Shown: positions 28,281 through 41,800, counted from the first letter of the stretch. The stretch is 60,499 bases of DNA from an uncultured Bacilli bacterium (GCA_947626035.1 CANQQR010000001.1:79096-139594), one strand, 5' to 3'. The notes: generated by a model not told the origin, from the sequence alone. A program made the numbers and translations.

Positions 28281-31013
28281 TTAATACTCTCCCTTCACTG
28301 TCTCACAAATATAATCTATAGTTGCATCAATAGGACACATAACATCATGATTATCTGTAAAAATATACCATTGACTATGATAATAAATATAACGACTACT
28401 CTCATTATGCAAGCTGGCTTTCATCATCGCCAGATACGGATCTTTTACAGTCTCTTCTGATCTTTTCAATAACATCTCTTGAGGTTCTGTTAAATCCACT
28501 TTCATAGTCTTAATAGTATAAACGCCATTCTTAATAGGATTTTCTATATCATCAATACTGTCTACTGTGATACCAGTATTAATGAACTCTTCGTCTCTAA
28601 CTTCATTTCTATTGCCATCATGATCAACTAAGTGCATACCATAAATATAAGCATTAGTAATAACAGTATCTTTATTATAAAATCTTAATGTGCCAGTTGG
28701 TCCAACAACGTGTCTATAATAATCTGTATCAAAAGCATCTTTAACATAAATAACTGCGCCAGGCGCGCTTTCAATAGCAAGATAGTCAACCGAAAGCAGC
28801 TTGGTATAAAAGTCTTTTCGCTGAGTCTTATATTTCATATAAATAGCTCCAACGACAGATTGGTCAATATCAAAACTGCCCCATTGCTGACCCGCAATTG
28901 TACTATAATAATATTTAGATGCAGCAATCTTTTCTGAGTTTTCAGATTCGGTTAATACAGCTACATAATTAAAATCAACATCTGTATCAAGAGGAAAAGT
29001 GATAGAAGTAACGGCAGTTCCTTCATCTGATAACTCATAATAACCACGCGGGCTAACTATGATAGGTGTATTATTAATATAAACAAGATAACCATAAGCT
29101 AAATTTTCTGCGCGGGAACCTGACTCAGTGGCGTCCGAAGTCTTGGTCCATGGCTTCAATACCCCGCCGCCCGCATCTTCAATTAAGTATGGATCAGATG
29201 AAAATTCTAACTTAATAGCTCTAAAAACTTCTAAAGTATTAATTAAATCTGCGTCAACCATAGAATTATATTTTTCTTGTACTAGATTAAATAGATCTTC
29301 ATTAGCTTTAACTACACCTTGCCATTGACCCACCTTACCATAAGTATGTGTTAAATCTTGGCTATAAGTTCCAACACTTAAAATACCATATTTTTCATAA
29401 TTAGCTAATGTACACTCATCAACTTCATAAGCCATAGCTGAGAATGAATATAGCATTCTTCCAAGTGTTTGATTGGGAGTAAAATTAATATCCATCAATT
29501 TAACAAGTATGTTACCTTCGGTAGTTGATCTAAATAGTTTTATTGTATTTTCATATAGGAAGTCCATTACCTTCTCCCTAAATTCACGCTCATATATATA
29601 ATCTTGGTACTCGTCTATATTCTCTTCTAGATTATAGTTATTATAATCATTGACGTAGCCCTTGTAAATTTTATCTTTATTAATAAACACGCCCTCTTCA
29701 TCACAAAACCAGGTAATTAATCCAGCGATGGGAAATTGCTTATAGCAGACGCTACCATTCCTTCTGAAATAAGGATATTTTGATCCAATGGTCTCAGTTA
29801 ATGATTCAGATATTGTCCGCTTGAAAGAACTGATATTAGGATCGTATCGTAATCTCACTTGCATATTATCTCTTGTTAAGAACATATCATCAAAAACAAT
29901 CATTTCTCCATGCTCACTTAATACAGCAAAACTTCTCTCACCCTGCGTATTCACGGTCTGTGCAGCATATCTGTAAAAGATTCCGCTCTTAACAGTATAG
30001 TCATTCCATGTGTAATCAAGATGCTCAGTGGGCTCATTAGCGACTACATCAAAATGTATATCTTCCCATAGGGTAAAATTACTTTCATTAGAGCTACGTC
30101 TAATAACTAAGTTATTTACCATCATCACGCTCTTGTCTGAAAATACATTAATACTCATACATCCTAAATCTACATTTGGAGTGACTGTAATTCTAGCATC
30201 AAACTCTTCTAAATTACCTTCTACTACAGAAAAGTGCTTAATGTAGTCTCTATTTGTATACTCATTATAAGTCGTATATGATAGATTTAATCTATAATTA
30301 ATATTTTCTTCTAACAAATAAGTTAATAGATAATTAATCTGGTTAGGATCTTCATAATAGTTAGTAAAAATCTCTCCAGAATCAAATATTAGTTCATCAC
30401 TAGACTCATCATAAATATAAAATCTATAAGACTTTAGTGTCTCTTTCTCCAACTCCGCGTTCTCAAATTGCAAACTGCCAACAAAGTTAATGTTAAAAGT
30501 AGAAAATTGTACAATCTGATTATCATCCGTAACATTCTCAAAATTTCTCAAATATACTGTTGGTTGAGAGATGCCACGAATCAAACAAACCCGCGACCAT
30601 TCAGAAAAAAATTTTTGATTATCAATTAACCATCCCGCGACTTTACCGTCCTCAGGAGGTTGGGGAGCATTGATGCTAGTAAATCTAATTTGGACTTTAT
30701 AAAATTTATTTATCTCAAATTGTCCGCCCTCTATATCTATTTTAGGTATTATCTCAATATAATATTTATCATTCCCTCGCCTATTAGGATCTTCTTGTAA
30801 CTGAGTTATCATTATCCCAGTAGGGTACTTAGTTGGGTTTAATACAGAAGCATTAGTGTTCTGATCATTAACTACTACTTGAGCATTACCTATATCTGTT
30901 TTTACATTATAAATAGATAAAGAGAAATATACTCGACATGGCTGAGTCCTAACAAACGCGGGCATCCATGTAGAGGTCTGAGGCGGATATAAATTATTTT
31001 CAATACCTATCAT
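28281..31013 (-). CDS. Putative distal tail/baseplate protein with FN3-like segment
   Basis: DYTVKSGIFYRY; TETIGSKYPYFRRNG; tail-module position. Confidence 0.55.
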   Translation of the reverse strand: MIGIENNLYPPQTSTWMPAFVRTQPCRVYFSLSIYNVKTDIGNAQVVVNDQNTNASVLNPTKYPTGIMITQLQEDPNRRGNDKYYIEIIPKIDIEGGQFEINKFYKVQIRFTSINAPQPPEDGKVAGWLIDNQKFFSEWSRVCLIRGISQPTVYLRNFENVTDDNQIVQFSTFNINFVGSLQFENAELEKETLKSYRFYIYDESSDELIFDSGEIFTNYYEDPNQINYLLTYLLEENINYRLNLSYTTYNEYTNRDYIKHFSVVEGNLEEFDARITVTPNVDLGCMSINVFSDKSVMMVNNLVIRRSSNESNFTLWEDIHFDVVANEPTEHLDYTWNDYTVKSGIFYRYAAQTVNTQGERSFAVLSEHGEMIVFDDMFLTRDNMQVRLRYDPNISSFKRTISESLTETIGSKYPYFRRNGSVCYKQFPIAGLITWFCDEEGVFINKDKIYKGYVNDYNNYNLEENIDEYQDYIYEREFREKVMDFLYENTIKLFRSTTEGNILVKLMDINFTPNQTLGRMLYSFSAMAYEVDECTLANYEKYGILSVGTYSQDLTHTYGKVGQWQGVVKANEDLFNLVQEKYNSMVDADLINTLEVFRAIKLEFSSDPYLIEDAGGGVLKPWTKTSDATESGSRAENLAYGYLVYINNTPIIVSPRGYYELSDEGTAVTSITFPLDTDVDFNYVAVLTESENSEKIAASKYYYSTIAGQQWGSFDIDQSVVGAIYMKYKTQRKDFYTKLLSVDYLAIESAPGAVIYVKDAFDTDYYRHVVGPTGTLRFYNKDTVITNAYIYGMHLVDHDGNRNEVRDEEFINTGITVDSIDDIENPIKNGVYTIKTMKVDLTEPQEMLLKRSEETVKDPYLAMMKASLHNESSRYIYYHSQWYIFTDNHDVMCPIDATIDYICETVKGEY

Positions 31014-31031
31014 CCTTTTATCTCCTCTTGT

Positions 31032-31508
31032 TTACTCTTTGTCTTTTGGAGGGCGCTTAGGTAATGCTCTAAGGCCTTCCATTAACCCATGCACAAAGCT
31101 GTTGCCGCCTTCCTGCTTATAATGTGTATATCTCTTTTCTATACAATCTAAGCTATAATCATCAACCCAGCCTTTTTGCTCAGTAAAATAATGATATTCT
31201 CTTACAATAAAAGATTTAATATCATCCTTGTCTGATTCAGATAAAATAGCTATCTGATTCTGCATTGTATTGATTGTATCAGTATTTTTCTTTTGGGATT
31301 CTATCAATGTGTTGAGGCTATCATCTATCTTATTTAATCGTTCCTCTAATTGTTTGTCTTTATTATCTTCATCTGTCTCTTTCTGGAAAACTTGTCTTAA
31401 TCTATTATATCCCCAATCCCAGAAAGTTACGCAACCTTTTATAGCAAGGGCTAGACAAACTATGAAACCTAGTATTTGTTCAATTGGGTAGTTTTGTAAT
31501 AATTCCAT
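31032..31508 (-). CDS. Holin-like membrane protein
   Basis: N-terminal TM helix, coiled coil, YKQEGGNS C-terminal motif. Confidence 0.55.
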   Translation of the reverse strand: MELLQNYPIEQILGFIVCLALAIKGCVTFWDWGYNRLRQVFQKETDEDNKDKQLEERLNKIDDSLNTLIESQKKNTDTINTMQNQIAILSESDKDDIKSFIVREYHYFTEQKGWVDDYSLDCIEKRYTHYKQEGGNSFVHGLMEGLRALPKRPPKDKE

Positions 31509-31572
31509 AGTATTCCTCCTTTACTATAAAATTATAAAAATTTTACCTATAAAAATAAAAAGAGTTGCCCAA

Positions 31573-31767
31573 TTACTCGGACAACTCTTGATTTTGTGCT
31601 TTCGCTACTTCTTCACGTTCTTTTGCTAAAACTTGAGAATGAACCTCATCAAGTTCACTCATCATATCTTTTATCATGTAATACACAAGAGAAATAGGAA
31701 GTTCGCTTTCATTAATAAGTTTAGCAATATTCTTCCTTAACTCCGCGCATCTTAAATTTATATTCAT
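31573..31767 (-). CDS. Hypothetical small protein
   Basis: RBS; helical ORF. Confidence 0.55.
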   Translation of the reverse strand: MNINLRCAELRKNIAKLINESELPISLVYYMIKDMMSELDEVHSQVLAKEREEVAKAQNQELSE

Positions 31768-31780
31768 CCTTTTGTCTCCT

Positions 31781-34700
31781 TTATCTTCCTAAAGCCGCGA
31801 TTTGACCTTCTAGACTTGAGATCTGCGCAGCCAATTGGTCGCATCTGCCATTAAGCGCAACACATTTCGTACTTATTGCGTTAACTAATTCTGACAATTT
31901 TGTATAAGTAGAACTATCAAAAGTCCATGTATTACCCGCAGTTAACTCAAGTTCTTTTCTTATCTTTACTGTATCGTGTTGGACGCCAAAAGCCATATCT
32001 GATGAAGTGTTGTATCCAGCCCATATCCAATATTCACTAGCTGTATTAGTTATGGTAGCAGATATACCACTAACTGCCTTATCAAAGTTACCCCACTCAT
32101 CTGTCTTGCTTGGCGAATACAAAGAAAAGAAGCATGGCCTTTCAGCGGAACCATCTGACGCACGAGCCAACCTAATAATAAAATCACCTAAAATAATTCT
32201 GCGGTAATTGCTATCTAGTAAGCCTAAATCAATATGTGTGTCATCATCATCTGGCTCAACATCTAGTTGTAGTTGCTTAAAATGAGCAAGTCCGCTCTGA
32301 CTAATTGACCAGTTAGGCCCTACTATATGGCCATCAGCATAAAGCGTAATATTTCCATCTCTTGATTTTAAGTTATCGTCATTGATTACCCAGCCACCAA
32401 TGTCACCAGTGATAGAATGTAAATTACCATATTTATCAACACTAAAATTACCGTTGCCATACTTAATTTCAGGAGTAGTCAAATCTATCATTAAGCCGTC
32501 TCCACTTTCTACTCCATTCTTAAAGTAATTACCACTATAAATCTGCGCACGGTTGTTGGTTGGATCAATAACAATCTGGCCTGATCCGCGCTTACCGAAC
32601 TCTGATTTACCAGTTTCTGCGTCTAAAAAGATCGTTCTTTCACCATGATCATAACCAAAGAAACCAACTTCTTGCTGGCCATAAGTTTCTTTAACTTTAC
32701 CCATTACTACGCCAGTAAAAGTGTTATCACTTTCTTTAATGCCAGCGCCCATCTGCGGAGCTAACAAGAAGCCACCCTCTTTATTTAGCTCTATTGTATT
32801 ACCATCCCAACCATTAATTGCAGCATTACCATGAGTATCTAAATACAAATGGATAGGTATATGAATGCGAGCAACCTCAGCCCCCGCGTGTGACAAAACT
32901 GCTTCAAGAGCTGTTGACTTAGACTCTCCATCGTACTCATCCAATAGAGAAATAGCCTTCTGCGCCCTAGTGACAACAACATAATTATTATTAGTGATGT
33001 AATTAGGATAACCTAAATAGTTCCATTGGTAATCAATTAAATAAGTATTAGAAGTTTTTTCACTCACATCTTCCCAATAGCCATTACCTAAATTATATGT
33101 AGTAACAAGAGTAAAAGGATTAGTTTTATCATATGTGGGTTGGCGGCCATCGTTTGCATAAATAGCATATCTAAAACCAGTATATTCTTTTAAATTAACT
33201 CTGTAACTATCATTTTTTAGTCTAACTGAGATAATTGGCATTGTAGCTGTATATTCTACATTATCATAAGTTAATTGTACTTTTATAATATTTATTGGGT
33301 TATCATTCCTATATCCAGTAAAGCTAAGAACTCCAGTAGATTCTTGAATACTAAAAGCAGAAACACTTCTATGCGTAATATCTGATGTCCATGTGTGGTC
33401 TGGATCTATAATTCTATAATTATTGATTGGTATACTCCATCTTACTCTTCTGACTGCGCGGCCCTCAGTTGAAGTGCCATCGACCGCGGCATCAAAAATT
33501 TTCTGTTCGTTATGCCATAATTGCGCTTTGAAATATACTCCCGCGGTCGCCGGTGTATAGTTCCATTGAGCTGAACCATCAGATAATTCAGTGACAGTTG
33601 GATAAAGTGGCGCGACAACGCCTCCACGTACATTTGGCACTATTTTACATAAGAAATCTGTACCATTAGTGCCTGGCTCGCCCTCTTTAGAAAAGGTAAA
33701 ATTTGTTTGCGCGCTTAAACTCACACCTTTATAATCTACATATAAAGTGATCATATTTTGATTGTAAGATATGTTATATCTATCCTTAATATCATAAGAA
33801 AGTGACATAATATTACTATACGTTGCAGTATCTGTTCCAACAACAGAAGGATGGTAAGATGATGGTATCTCAATCATTGTGTTTACTGTAGGCACGACCC
33901 ACTTAATATCACTATGTTCAATTACATCATCTTCGATAGGATTACCTAAATTATCAAACACTGTAAATGTAAGTGCTTTAATACTAATTGGCTGCTCAGC
34001 TGTAGAACTTGCAGGACTGACACCTGCGTAATTGTATTTATATACATAATCTGCGTCATTAATAATAAGATGATACATACCTTCTGCTTCAAGATTATTG
34101 TTTAAAACAATAGAAGCAGTACCAAGGTAGACATCTCCATCATAAACAGAGCATTGATACGTACAAAAGTTAACAATTGTATTTATTTGAACATTATGTA
34201 TTTTATTATTCTCTACACGTGTAATTAAATCATACGCGGCTAATTGCTTTTCTAAATCAGCTAGCTTACTTTGATTAGGCGCGGCGGGCGCCGACTCATT
34301 CGCTATAGACCTAGTTAAATCATCATATTCTGTCTTCAGGACATTATAAGTAGTATTTTGTTCCGCGGTCGCCGGTAATGTCTGATAGACTCCAGAACTA
34401 TCTGTCATACCCCAGGCAAATGTGTATTGACCGGGACCCGCGCCATTAACTAAACAGGTGAGAGTAGGATGTCCTATATCAAAATAAAACTGCGTTCCCG
34501 CATCAGAAGTTATAGTAATGTCATAAGGTGAAGACATATTCTTAATGGTCACTACTTTAGAAATAACACTATTATCATAAATAGCTACGCATTTATACTT
34601 CACTTCCTTTGCTACCACGTCAGACTTCTTGACATCTAAAATATAAGACATAGGTATCCATTCAACTACTGGTTCTTCGCCTTCGGCTTCTGGAGCAATA

Positions 34701-35764
34701 ATATTATAAGGATTTAAACACTTCCAACCTTGACCGCCATATTTATTATACTCTTTACTAGTAACAGTAACGCCAACACTTTGAACAAACCAATAAAAAG
34801 ATATTTTCTGTGAATCATAATTAACTACACTACCCTTAACTCGTAGTTGACCTTGTAAACTTCTTACGTCAGTTGGTAAGTCTCCATCAGTAAAGTATGT
34901 TCCTTGCGGTGTTATAATAGATAAACTATAATTACTTGCGTCTCTTTCACTTAAAGGAACCGCACCACAAAATTCTATGTTTGTAATAAAAATATCTTCT
35001 GGCGGATTGTCCTTATAATGCGGAAATCCTTTGCAAAATAAAGCAATATAATTAATACCAATAAAGTTAGAACCATCTATATCAAAAATGGCATATTGCT
35101 TTGTCGGGGTTACTAACTTATATGGATTGCCAATCATCTTATCAACATCTAACACATAGTCTCTGGTTACCTCTGCGCCAGTTGCATTATCCATAAACTT
35201 AAGTGAGAAGATGATTCCGTAGTCGCCTCTGTATTGTTGTTCCGCGGCCAATGCTGTTTCGACCTGAATCCCGCATTTTAAATATTTAGATGTTTTGATA
35301 TATTCATTAAGATCTGTTGCATCAACGTTTAAACAGTTTTGCCCAGCGCTGCTCTCATACAACATAATTACATCACCATCTTTTTTATATGAATGCAAGC
35401 CAGGCCATTCTTTAACTTGTTCAACGCAATTTTTACCAACAGTATCGTATAAATCTTTATCTTCAACAACAGGAATATAGTTAATACCAAGCTTCTTAAC
35501 TGTGCCAATGATTCTTTTGTCTCTTGACATATCATTACCTGGCACTAGCACATATACACTGCTACCTTTTGTATATGTGGCATCAGTATTTTCAGAGTAT
35601 GCGTAAAACATACCATCTTGATACTTTACCTTATATTCACCTATTGTTTTATCTGTGCACTCAACTATGACAGCTTGAATCGTTCTATCATAGCCTGCGT
35701 CAGATACAGTCTTGTTAACTATTATGTCAATAGCTTGTAAAATATTATTTTCGAGCTGACCCAT
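31781..35764 (-). CDS. Large tail tip/central fibre protein
   Basis: Follows TMP; OB-like N-terminus, beta-helix-like C-terminus. Likely start MGQLEN at 35764 after GGAG. Confidence 0.65.
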   Translation of the reverse strand: MGQLENNILQAIDIIVNKTVSDAGYDRTIQAVIVECTDKTIGEYKVKYQDGMFYAYSENTDATYTKGSSVYVLVPGNDMSRDKRIIGTVKKLGINYIPVVEDKDLYDTVGKNCVEQVKEWPGLHSYKKDGDVIMLYESSAGQNCLNVDATDLNEYIKTSKYLKCGIQVETALAAEQQYRGDYGIIFSLKFMDNATGAEVTRDYVLDVDKMIGNPYKLVTPTKQYAIFDIDGSNFIGINYIALFCKGFPHYKDNPPEDIFITNIEFCGAVPLSERDASNYSLSIITPQGTYFTDGDLPTDVRSLQGQLRVKGSVVNYDSQKISFYWFVQSVGVTVTSKEYNKYGGQGWKCLNPYNIIAPEAEGEEPVVEWIPMSYILDVKKSDVVAKEVKYKCVAIYDNSVISKVVTIKNMSSPYDITITSDAGTQFYFDIGHPTLTCLVNGAGPGQYTFAWGMTDSSGVYQTLPATAEQNTTYNVLKTEYDDLTRSIANESAPAAPNQSKLADLEKQLAAYDLITRVENNKIHNVQINTIVNFCTYQCSVYDGDVYLGTASIVLNNNLEAEGMYHLIINDADYVYKYNYAGVSPASSTAEQPISIKALTFTVFDNLGNPIEDDVIEHSDIKWVVPTVNTMIEIPSSYHPSVVGTDTATYSNIMSLSYDIKDRYNISYNQNMITLYVDYKGVSLSAQTNFTFSKEGEPGTNGTDFLCKIVPNVRGGVVAPLYPTVTELSDGSAQWNYTPATAGVYFKAQLWHNEQKIFDAAVDGTSTEGRAVRRVRWSIPINNYRIIDPDHTWTSDITHRSVSAFSIQESTGVLSFTGYRNDNPINIIKVQLTYDNVEYTATMPIISVRLKNDSYRVNLKEYTGFRYAIYANDGRQPTYDKTNPFTLVTTYNLGNGYWEDVSEKTSNTYLIDYQWNYLGYPNYITNNNYVVVTRAQKAISLLDEYDGESKSTALEAVLSHAGAEVARIHIPIHLYLDTHGNAAINGWDGNTIELNKEGGFLLAPQMGAGIKESDNTFTGVVMGKVKETYGQQEVGFFGYDHGERTIFLDAETGKSEFGKRGSGQIVIDPTNNRAQIYSGNYFKNGVESGDGLMIDLTTPEIKYGNGNFSVDKYGNLHSITGDIGGWVINDDNLKSRDGNITLYADGHIVGPNWSISQSGLAHFKQLQLDVEPDDDDTHIDLGLLDSNYRRIILGDFIIRLARASDGSAERPCFFSLYSPSKTDEWGNFDKAVSGISATITNTASEYWIWAGYNTSSDMAFGVQHDTVKIRKELELTAGNTWTFDSSTYTKLSELVNAISTKCVALNGRCDQLAAQISSLEGQIAALGR

Positions 35765-35838
35765 AGTTATTCTCTCCTTTTTTCTCTTATATATTAATAT
35801 GTATTCTGTGTCCAGAAAAATTGACAAAAATGACCAAA

Positions 35839-35868
35839 TAAAAAAAAGGAGGGCATAAAGCCCTCCTC
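35839..35868 (-). terminator. Terminator after TMP
   Basis: GGAGGGC/GCCCTCC stem with T-run on the minus strand. Confidence 0.7.
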
Positions 35869-38800
35869 TTATCTTCTATTGCTAAAAGCGTGCATAGATG
35901 CAGCATTCACTAAGTTATTTAAAGCTTCCTCGATCTCTCTCGCATCGCGGACTCCTGGGAAGTTAGCCTCGATGTGCACATTCTGATCAAGAGCTCCCGC
36001 AGTATTAGGCGTAGCTGTAAATCTCGTAAAACCAATACCGCTTGTTAGATTAGCCATATGTGCATTAGTAGCTGTGTTAAGATTATTGATTAAATCATCC
36101 ATGTGACGAACGATACCAACAGCAGATAAGATATTCTGTGTATCTGTTTGATTAAGAACTAGTTCTTTTTCGTGAAGAATCGCAGCTTTGCCTCCACTGC
36201 CAGCCCAGTTACCTGTGTAACCACCTGTATCAAAAGCAGTAAGTGGCAACCAACCGAATTTCTTTTTAGTAGTTCCCCATCTTACGTGAACAGGGTAATC
36301 TTCAGCCGCAGATTTATTATATCCAACGATCTCAACCTGCCCTCCAACCTGTCCTTCAAATGTCGCATATCGAGCATACGGACCGCTATAATAAGGCGTT
36401 AATGAAAAAGTTTTCTTGTCATTAAGATTATAGCCTTTGCCAGAAGCACCAGTAAATAAATAATTAGCTCCAGATGGACTTCCGCTATTAGAATAACCTC
36501 CGCCGCCAAAACCACTTTCAGATCCAGAACTGCTACTACTATTACTCCCAGGGCCACTAGTATTAGTTCTATTTTGTAGCACGTTAGCAGGTATGTTACT
36601 GCTTGCAGAAGGACTATAACCATCATCCCAATCCGCGGACGCCGCTGCTTCCCGCTGGGCCTGGGCTAATTCGTATGCAGCGGTCGCCGCGTCTTCAGCA
36701 GCACTCTTAATCGCTCCATACTTAGTCTCTAAATCATCTAACTGACCTAAAACACCCTGAATAGCTGGAATTAATTCATCTCTATACTTCTTAATTAAGG
36801 CATCATTACTACTCATTAAATCTCTTGTAGCTTGAACACCTTCAGTGATTCCAGTATGTAGCTGACTAAAGGTGACGTCCGCAGCATCTTCTAGTCTACT
36901 TAAGTCTTCCTGGTAGTTATTAGTAGTCTCTACCAATTCTGAGAAAGCCTCGCTACATGTAGGAATAAAACCACCCTCGCCAGCGAAGGTGTCCGCCATA
37001 TGCTGAACTCCTGAATCCCACTGAGGTATCAAACTATTCATTAGCTCGTCCTTCTCAGCTTGACTCATGTTCTTGAAGTTCTGGACGTCGGTTTGGTACA
37101 ACAAAGCGAGATCCGCGAAAGCAGAATCATAAAGATTATTCCTGATATAAGCGTTCTCTGTAACAATACCATTGATTAACTCACCATACTGCTCAGCCAA
37201 CAGCGCTTCCCGCTTATTTCTCTCTTCTGGGTCTAATGTAGGATCAAGATATAACTCTTTCAGCTTATCCTGGAACTCCTCATAAATACTATATAAGTCA
37301 TCAAGATTCTGTTGATACTGATTCTTATCAAAGTTATACAAGTCATTCTGTGCGTCTTGTAACTCTTGCTGCTTCTGCGCGACCTCTTCCTCATCTGATA
37401 CATACTGATAAGTATAGTTACCTTGAGAGTCACGTCTTAGACGAAGATTAGTCTTGCTTTGTTGCGCGTTCTGTAAGGCTAGCTGTTTCAGAGTTAACTC
37501 ATAGATCATATTAGCACGCTCAACATCATACTCGGTCAGCTTATCTTTCTCACGTAAGTAGTCTAACTGCTGACCCATGACATCTCTAATCTTTTGTTGG
37601 TCAGCTAAATTATCTGTACTGTCAAGAGCATCTAAGTATTTATTTTCTAGCTCTTGAACAGCTTGCATTGCATTAATATTATCAAGATACCTTTCAGCAT
37701 TAGCATTGATTAAATCCCATTCCTCGCCAACGTAATCTAGCCCAAGACCGCCTGTAACTTTATCATTGAGTTTATCAAAAATCATGTTGATAATATTGCT
37801 ATATTTGTCAATAATGTTTTCTACAGCTTCTTCAACTTTACTATTTAACTGCTCTAAAGAATCCTGCCATTCCTCTTGCCATTTTTCGCGGGCTTCGGGA
37901 TCAGTTTCTAGATCCGTCATCTGTTTAGCATAATCAACGCGCTTCCGCAAGAAATCTAATTCATTATTATCATTCTCTTGAATCTGCCGATAGTACTTAT
38001 CCATGTCAGCATACGCATCATCACCATATAACAAACCAATTAGATTCATATCATGATTAAGTAAATCATTAATATAATCATACTGGTCTACATGCTTATC
38101 AAACTCGTCGATAGCTTTGTCTATCATATCCAGGTAAGACTCTTTAATCTGATCTGATAGATCTTTCATATCTTCAAGCTGACTCATTAACTCAGAATAA
38201 TAATTATCTAAGTCTTCAAGCGCTTGCTGCGCATCCTTACCATAGATATCACTTACTCCACCAGGTTCCGCAAGTTTCTGGACTTCCGCGATAGTTTTAT
38301 TTACCTGAGTTGTTAATGCTTGGATAGGACCAGTCCCCGTATTAAAAGTATCTAAAAACGCGTAGTAGTCTTCTAGATCTGATGTAGCATTACCTAAGAT
38401 ATCATCGTCTGCTATCTCTCTTAATATCTTACGGCGGAACTCGCTAAAGTCTTTCTCAGCCTCGGCTATGTCTAGCCTTAGCTCGATCTCCGCGGTAAAT
38501 TTCTGGATATTAATCTCTATTTGACGGTCAAAAGCTTCTTCGATGTTATCTTGTAACTCAGGAATTTCTTTAGATATTATTGTATCATACCGACTAATAT
38601 TATCTTTTAAGGTCTCATAATCTTTTTTGGCCCGCTCAACAACATCTTTGAATGTTTTTTGTTCATCCGCAGATAAGGAATTATATAAATCTATTAAATT
38701 ATTTACTTGATCCATTTTCACTTGAAGAATATTAGTATAATTAGTTAAATATCCTTCTGAATCAAAAGTAGCTCCTTGAGCGCTTAAAACATTTCTTAGT

Positions 38801-41800
38801 TCATTTGCTTCATCTTTTTCTAGTCTGATTTTATTTTCATAAACAGCTTTTTGTTTTTCTAATACATCAAGTTGATCATTTAAATTTGCTAGCAAATCAT
38901 CTCCAGCTAGTTTATCTTGATCTCTTTGGATTCTGGATAGCTGCTCATCTAACTTTTCTAATTCTAAATTTATATCGTGATAACGCTCAGCTTGATCTTG
39001 TAAATAATCAATAAAATCAGGATCTTTATCACCACCACCACTCTTTTTTCCTACTCCTTTTCCACTACTAATATCAGTAAATTTCTTCTCTAAATCAACA
39101 CCGCGAGCGCCAAGCTCTGTAATCATCCCTTCAATATCATTAGCTTGCGCACCAACAGAATCAGCTAAATTTTGATATAAATCTGCTAATTCCGCCCATT
39201 CTTGTCTAGTAGTGTCATAAGTGCTAGTTAATGCTCTATCTGTTCTTTCAGCTGCAACAGCTTCGCCAGATTTACCCGCACTTCCTTTATATTGAACATC
39301 AAAGTCTCCGGCATTTACAGCTCGACCGCCCGCCGCGACAGATGCCATATTATCAGCTGCTGCATTAGCAAAATCAGCAGAAGCTTTCGCGGCTGCTGCG
39401 AATCCTTTAGTCCAGTTATCTGCAACTATACCTGCATTAATATCTGAATTATCTGCTGTTGCTTGTTGATTATCAATCTCTATTTGAGCAGTATCTTTTG
39501 AATTTAATTCTTTTATATTACTTAGCTCATTTGAAATGATAGCCCTAGCTTCAGAAGAAGAAATTTCTGTGTTAGTTTCTACTCCAGCTAATGCTCTAGC
39601 AGCTTCGGCCATTTGTAGATAAGACTGTTGTTTAGCTCTTAATAAAGTAGCTTGTGCTTGCAGTTTTTCAGCCGCAGCGTGCATATCAGCTGCAACTTCT
39701 GTTCGAGCAGCATCAATGGCTGAATTAGCTATTTCTTTATTAATTTGTACTGTTCCATCCCCAAGATCTTTCATACCTTGGATAATTCCAGGAAAAGTAT
39801 TATTTAATTCTCTTATATCATCAACAGCTACAACAAAATTTTTACCAATTAAAGAAGCTTTCTCTTCTATATCCTCCATAGCCGCGACTAAAGAATCAAA
39901 TTCACGTTCAGCTTGAGAATGTACTTCTATATCAATAGAATATTCAGCATCTAATAAATCATTGACACTATTAATAAACTGTTCAGGATTAGCTCTAATA
40001 CTAATAACTCCAGTTTCAGTAGTAATTTTTTCTAATTCATCTTCTGTTTTTTCAACTGCTTTATTAGCTTCTTCTGCCAATCTATCAAAATTTAATTTAT
40101 TTACCGCATCTTGAATTTCTTGTAAGGCTTCTATATAATCTTGCGTACCAACTTCCCAATTACTAGAAACAACATTAAAAGCTCTACTAATATTAGGATA
40201 TTCATCGGAATATAGTCGTTGCAAGTCCTCCTTTAACATTGCTAACGTATCTAAATAAGCTTTCAATTCTTCGTTATCTTTGTCTAATAAATTGGTATAA
40301 TCTATATCGCCAGATTGTATTTGTGCCATTATGTCGCTAGTTTGAGGAGCGATTGTTTCGACAACAATACTAATTCTATTTTTTCTAGCTTGATCTAATT
40401 CATTATTTATATCTGCAATACTCTTTTGTATTTTATTACCAGCATTGTCTTCAAGAGATAAATCTACGGTGGCAATTAAAGTTAAATCATTATTTTGTTC
40501 CCATTCTGAAATTTGTTGTTCAATATCAGTTATATTTTCTCCACTTTGAGCTAACAAATCTCTAATTCTATCTGCTACATTCTTTTCCTGCTCAAATAAA
40601 TTAGATAAATCAAAAGAACTAAAATAGTCTTCTGTCAATTTCTCCAATTTATCCATCTGATCTGTATTTAAATCATCTAGCGGAGCTTCAAACATAATAT
40701 CACTTAATTGCTCTTGAAATTTATCTCTATAATCTTCAAATTCAGATAAGGTATCAATTGTAGCTATATCATAGTCTGGAAGTAATTCTGTTTGTGCAGC
40801 GGCAAGATTTACCATATTTTGCTCTAAATGTTCTTGAGCATCTAGGTAAGCATCATAATTTTGTTTATTATCTTTTAACCATTGATTTAATGATTCTCGG
40901 TATAACTCAGATTTATTTTTTGTTTCTTCATCAATATCTTGCATATCTGAATATGCTTGATTTATAGTTTCATAAACTTTAATAAAAGCTTCCGGAGTTT
41001 TAATATCATAAATGTCAAAAGAACGAGTTGGAACACTAGCATCTTCAATCTCTATTTTATTGGTTTCTCCAATAATATCTTGTTCTAATAAAGGTTGCAA
41101 CGCATCGTTTAAAACATCTAATATAGCCTTTTCATCATTAGTAGTAAGACCAGCCTTAAAGCTAAGATTAAAAGTGCTGCCACTCGGAGCTGGCTGAGCA
41201 CCGCCATAATACAATGCCTCTTCCGCGCTTTTAATTTCAGTTTGAGACGCTTCTAAACTTTTTTGAGCTTCTTCAACTCTTTTTCTTTTAATTTGTTCAT
41301 TTACTCTATTATAACTTTCTTCAAGTGTGTCTACTTGAGCAATTTCTTCGCCTAAAGCATCAGCTAATTCCTTTGTAGCAGTAATTAACTCTTCTTTTCC
41401 AGAACCAGTATCTTTATATGCCTTATATAATTGTTCATATTTTTCATAAAGAGTTTGAACGCTTTCTGCTTCTTCATATTTTTGAGCGGCCTCATCTCTA
41501 GTAGCTTCTGCATTTTTAGCTAATTGTTCATTAACTTTTTTAATATGATCAGTATAAAGAACCATTGCTCCAATAACTGCTCCAATGGCAGCTATTGTTG
41601 CTATTAACGGATTTCCAAGTAAAGACTTATTAAAAGCTTCTTGCATAGCAATTTGTTTTGCTTTTGCATCACTTTCAATATTTTCAGCTTGGATTAATTC
41701 AACAATACTTAAAATTTGATCTTTATATTGTGCATTAACCTGCTGCAAATTCATATGCAGCATACCTTGCAATTTAATAGCAATCTGATTTTCTATATTA

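Noticed and set aside
23839-35764. Second DGR target among other tail genes
   Set aside because: No further TR-like sequence found by eye in this window.
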